From an uncultured virus (IMG/VR IMGVR_UViG_3300028173_000008) (lineage: Duplodnaviria; Heunggongvirae; Uroviricota; Caudoviricetes), in the IMG/VR virus record IMGVR_UViG_3300028173_000008: a DNA stretch of 20,000 nt; one strand, 5' to 3'. Made by a program: the position numbers and the translations under genes. The notes beneath the pieces were generated by a model. It saw only the letters and a program-made list of their open reading frames with translations. It ran no database searches and was not told the origin of the DNA. Positions 16,829 through 20,000 of the stretch are shown piece by piece; the stretch's first letter is position 1, and each line of letters begins with the position of its first letter.

Positions 16829-18029
16829 AAAGAAGACTGAAGTGGGCACCAAGCGGAAGCGCAGCCCTTTGAGTGCAGCCCGTGGGGCTGTCAGCGGCAT
16901 CCTCAAGGATGACGACTCCTACGTGGAGGTGGACGAAAGCAAGCTCAAGGAGTCCCTCCCGCACCTCCCCTCCGGCTCCATCGTGATCGACTGGCTCATC
17001 GGAGGCCGTGCGAACCGCTGGGGCGTCATGCCCTGTCCTGGGTTCCCCAGGGGGAAGATCGTCAACCTGTACGGTCAGGAAGCGGCGGGTAAGACGACGA
17101 TGGCCCTGGAAGTCGCCAACAAGACCATCGAGAACGGTGGCTACGTGGGCTTCGTAGACTGGGAGCACGCCGTCGACCTGTCCTACGCCAGTGCCCTCGG
17201 CATCCCCGTCCAGAACGAGGACGTGTTCAACCTGGTGCAGCCGGTCTCCTTGGAGCGTGGCCTCACCGTCATCACGGCGATGGCACGGGCCGGGGTCGAC
17301 CTGATCGTCATCGACTCGGTCGGTGCGGGTGTCCCCCAGGCCATCCTGAACCAGACCCTCGACGAGAAGGGCAACGTGGGCCGTGTTGGCCTCATCGCAC
17401 AGATCTGGTCGCACTTCCTCCGGGAGTTGCAGTCCACCATCTCCCGTTCCGGCTCCTGCGTCATCGGGATCTCCCAGCTTCGCAAGGCCATCAACACGAC
17501 GGGGTACGGCGGCCCGACCAACACGCAGCAGGGTGGAGAGGCGTGGAAGTTCTACAGCAGCCTTCGGTTCGGCCTCCGCCGCATCAAGTACGAGAAGGGG
17601 AAGATCTACGATCCCCTCACCCACAAGAAGATCGATGCCGTCATCGCCTCCACCATCCGGGCCAAGATCGACAAGTGCAAGATCTCGGCGTCACAGGGCC
17701 ACGAGGCCGACTTCTTCGTCCGGTTCGGCGAGGGCATCGACGACATGAAGTCGGTCATTGAGATCGCCAAGGCCCACGGGATCATCAAGGGTTCCAGTTG
17801 GCTGTCCTGGGAGCGGGGCTCCGGTGAGACCCTCAAGATCCAGGGCATGGAACGCTTCAAGGAAGCTCTCCGGGCCGCTGACGGGGCCGTCGACGAGTTG
17901 TCCCGGCAGGTGATGGACGCCCTCACGGTGGCTGGTCCCGGCACGATTGTGGCCGCAGAGGACGAGGACCTGGACGTCGATAGCATCCTGACCGGCGTGC
18001 GGGAAGCGGCGGACGACGAGGCTAACTAG
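16818..18029 (+). CDS. recA: RecA-family recombinase
   Basis: GFPRGKIVNLYGQEAAGKTT, FVDWEHAVD, LIVIDSV, ISQLR, GGEAWKFYSSLR, acidic tail. Confidence 0.92.
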   Translation: MATRKKTEVGTKRKRSPLSAARGAVSGILKDDDSYVEVDESKLKESLPHLPSGSIVIDWLIGGRANRWGVMPCPGFPRGKIVNLYGQEAAGKTTMALEVANKTIENGGYVGFVDWEHAVDLSYASALGIPVQNEDVFNLVQPVSLERGLTVITAMARAGVDLIVIDSVGAGVPQAILNQTLDEKGNVGRVGLIAQIWSHFLRELQSTISRSGSCVIGISQLRKAINTTGYGGPTNTQQGGEAWKFYSSLRFGLRRIKYEKGKIYDPLTHKKIDAVIASTIRAKIDKCKISASQGHEADFFVRFGEGIDDMKSVIEIAKAHGIIKGSSWLSWERGSGETLKIQGMERFKEALRAADGAVDELSRQVMDALTVAGPGTIVAAEDEDLDVDSILTGVREAADDEAN

Positions 18030-18038
18030 CGGTCTCCT

Positions 18039-18049
18039 TCGGGTAGAGT
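18039..18049 (+). promoter_or_regulatory. TCGGGTAnnnT motif, copy 3
   Basis: TCGGGTAGAGT ends 17 nt before the ATG at 18067. Confidence 0.55.
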
Positions 18050-18066
18050 GACCGGAGGGAGGCTCT

Positions 18067-19164
18067 ATGCTCACCGTAAACGTACAGAATTTCCAATCCA
18101 TCGCGGCGGTGAAGCTCCTCATCAAGGGCTTCACCGTCGTGACGGGTCAGAACAACTCCGGCAAGTCCGCCTTGATCCGGGCCATCCGTGGGGCGCTCCA
18201 GAACACACGGGGCACGTCCTTCATCCGGCACGGGTCCAAGACCACGACGGTCAAGCTGGAGATGGACGACGGGCACACGCTGGAATGGTCGAAGGGTACG
18301 GCCAAAGGGGCCAAGCCCACCTACCATATCGATGGGGGTGACGCTATCCATCCGGGGCAGTCCGTCCCGGATGAGGTGCGGGATCTGGGGATCGTCCCGA
18401 TCACCGCTGGTGGCCGTGAGGTGTGGCCCCAGGTTGCCCCGCAGTTCACGGGTCAGGTATTCCTGCTGGACCAGCCCGGTAGCGTCCTCGCCGAAGCCGT
18501 GGCGGACGTGGAGCGGGTAGGCCAGTTGAACGGCGCTCTCCGGTTGGCGGAGTCCGACAAGCGGGCCGCCTCGTCCGAGTTGAAGGTGCGGAAAGCGGAC
18601 ATCGGCGGCTTAGAGGCCAAGCTGGACGGGTTTAAGGGTCTGGAGGACGTGGAGGCCACGCTCGTACAGATTGAACAGGCCCAAGGGAAGGCCCTGACCA
18701 TCGAGCGGGCCGTTTCGGGTTTGACGGATCTGCACGACAGGCACACAGGAGCCAAGGAGGCGGTAGGCCGCCTATCAGGGATCGAAGACGTGAATCTGCC
18801 GGGTGACGAGCCTTTTGAGGCCGTCCGGGTACTGCTGGGGGAGAAGGCTGGTCTGGAAGGGCTGGCCGCCAAGCATTCCCGCCTTGACTCGGAAGTTACT
18901 AGGTTGAGTGGCGTGGAGGAAGTCGGTGTAGACATCGACTTCACGCAGACAGAACGCCGGTTGGCCGCCTTGGACGTGATGCGGGGCATGCAGTCCCGCT
19001 ACCTCAAGGCGACCAAGAAGGTGACGGACACAGAGCAGGAACTGGCGGACGCTGAGTCCGCATTAGACGCTGTGACCCAGGAGTTTACGGAAACCCTGGG
19101 TGGGTTGGGTGAATGTCCGGTCTGCGGCTCGACGCTGGCACATGAGCACGGAGGTGCAGTATGA
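18067..19164 (+). CDS. SbcC/Rad50-like ATPase, N-terminal half only (Walker A, coiled coil, zinc hook)
   Basis: VQNFQSI..FTVVTGQNNSGKSALIRAI, Q-loop-like APQF, coiled coil, CPVCG hook about 12 aa before the stop. No ABC signature or Walker B. Confidence 0.8.
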   Translation: MLTVNVQNFQSIAAVKLLIKGFTVVTGQNNSGKSALIRAIRGALQNTRGTSFIRHGSKTTTVKLEMDDGHTLEWSKGTAKGAKPTYHIDGGDAIHPGQSVPDEVRDLGIVPITAGGREVWPQVAPQFTGQVFLLDQPGSVLAEAVADVERVGQLNGALRLAESDKRAASSELKVRKADIGGLEAKLDGFKGLEDVEATLVQIEQAQGKALTIERAVSGLTDLHDRHTGAKEAVGRLSGIEDVNLPGDEPFEAVRVLLGEKAGLEGLAAKHSRLDSEVTRLSGVEEVGVDIDFTQTERRLAALDVMRGMQSRYLKATKKVTDTEQELADAESALDAVTQEFTETLGGLGECPVCGSTLAHEHGGAV

Positions 19165-19811
19165 GGTACGGCATCGTTGCGGTGGTACTACTGGGCATCG
19201 GCTTCCTGGCCGGGGCTACCATTCCAGGTCTCTTCGCACTGGAGGAGAGGCACGAGAACATTCAACCGTTCCCCGACTGTGGGGACGTTGCGATGACCTG
19301 TTTGGAGTGCCCGTCCTGTCCGACGTTGAGCGACCTGTTCTCCGTTGACCGGGACGCACAGATCGACCAGATCGTGAAGGCCATGGAGGCCATCGCCTCT
19401 ACGGCCTATCCGCACGACCTGGGCAAGCTGATCGAGGGTTGGGAGCAGTCCTACACGGCGAGGGACATCGCCCGGATCATCTTGGACCACGCTGAGTCCA
19501 ACGACATTGACCCGCTGGTACTCACCGCCATCGTGTGGAAGGAGTCTAAGTTCCGGGTGCGGACGTTCGGCGACTACAAGAACGGCAAGCCCCGCAGTTG
19601 CGGGATGACACAGGTGATGACGACCTTCCGGGGCCGCCCTGAGTGCAAGGAACTCCTCGACCCCTACTTCGCCATCGGGTGGACGGCAGAGCATCTGGCC
19701 AAGTTCCCCGGCTGGTGTAAGGGGTGGATGTGCCTTCGCAAGTACAACGGGGGCGACTACGAGGTGAAGGTCTGGCGCATCGCCGATAGGATGCGGAGGG
19801 CTACGCTGTGA
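19161..19811 (+). CDS. Lytic transglycosylase (SLT domain) with an N-terminal transmembrane/signal segment
   Basis: Hydrophobic N-terminus MRYGIVAVVLLGIGFLAGATIPGLFA. SLT motifs IDPLVLTAIVWKESKF (catalytic E), CGMTQV and YNGG. ATGA overlap with the upstream stop. Confidence 0.75.
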   Translation: MRYGIVAVVLLGIGFLAGATIPGLFALEERHENIQPFPDCGDVAMTCLECPSCPTLSDLFSVDRDAQIDQIVKAMEAIASTAYPHDLGKLIEGWEQSYTARDIARIILDHAESNDIDPLVLTAIVWKESKFRVRTFGDYKNGKPRSCGMTQVMTTFRGRPECKELLDPYFAIGWTAEHLAKFPGWCKGWMCLRKYNGGDYEVKVWRIADRMRRATL

Positions 19812-20000
19812 AGGACACCACCCTCGTTTTCAGGACAGACGCCCACATCGCCGACACAGCCCCGCAGGCCCGTGTTGACGACTGGACGGCAACCATCCTC
19901 GACAAGATCGCACAGGTGAATGACATCGCCCGTGCGGAGGGGGCGGAGGCGATTCTGGACGGGGGCGATCTCTTTCACATCAAGAGCCCGACCCGGAACA
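19808..20000 (+). CDS. SbcD/Mre11-like metallophosphoesterase nuclease (3' truncated; not in the ORF track)
   Basis: GTG overlaps the upstream TGA after GGAGGG. Translates MKDTTLVFRTDAHIADTAPQARVDDWTATILDKIAQVNDIARAEGAEAILDGGDLFHIKSPTRN, with DxH and GDLFH motifs. Near the SbcC-like gene. Confidence 0.8.
   Translation, partial: MKDTTLVFRTDAHIADTAPQARVDDWTATILDKIAQVNDIARAEGAEAILDGGDLFHIKSPTRN

Noticed and set aside
19100..19348. Frameshifted continuation of the SbcC-like gene
   Set aside because: The downstream frames contain no coiled coil, ABC signature or Walker B. The region encodes a coherent SLT gene with its own RBS.

Overview
GC-rich, densely coding window that reads as part of a large (probably jumbo) bacteriophage genome. 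It carries a DNA replication/recombination/nucleotide-metabolism module. In order: the 3' part of a SNF2-type helicase; a divergently transcribed pair of regulators (a tandem Mrr_N-like winged-helix plus ECF-sigma-like fusion on the - strand, and a possible second divergent sigma-like protein on the + strand); a ~560-600 nt non-coding region with its own promoter, dense hairpins and long-range/pseudoknot pairings (candidate large structured ncRNA); clamp-loader delta' and delta homologues; a class II ribonucleotide reductase with a 345-aa LAGLIDADG intein; a RecD2-like helicase; a UvsY-like coiled-coil protein; an SSB; RuvC; RecA; an N-terminal-half-only SbcC/Rad50; a membrane-anchored lytic transglycosylase; and the start of an SbcD/Mre11 nuclease. 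Cross-gene patterns: a TCGGGTAnnnT motif at near-fixed distance upstream of three genes (candidate phage promoter), and a shared D-[VI]-D-S-[IM]-[LV] motif in the acidic tails of three recombination proteins. All family calls come from motif recognition by eye; no searches were run.
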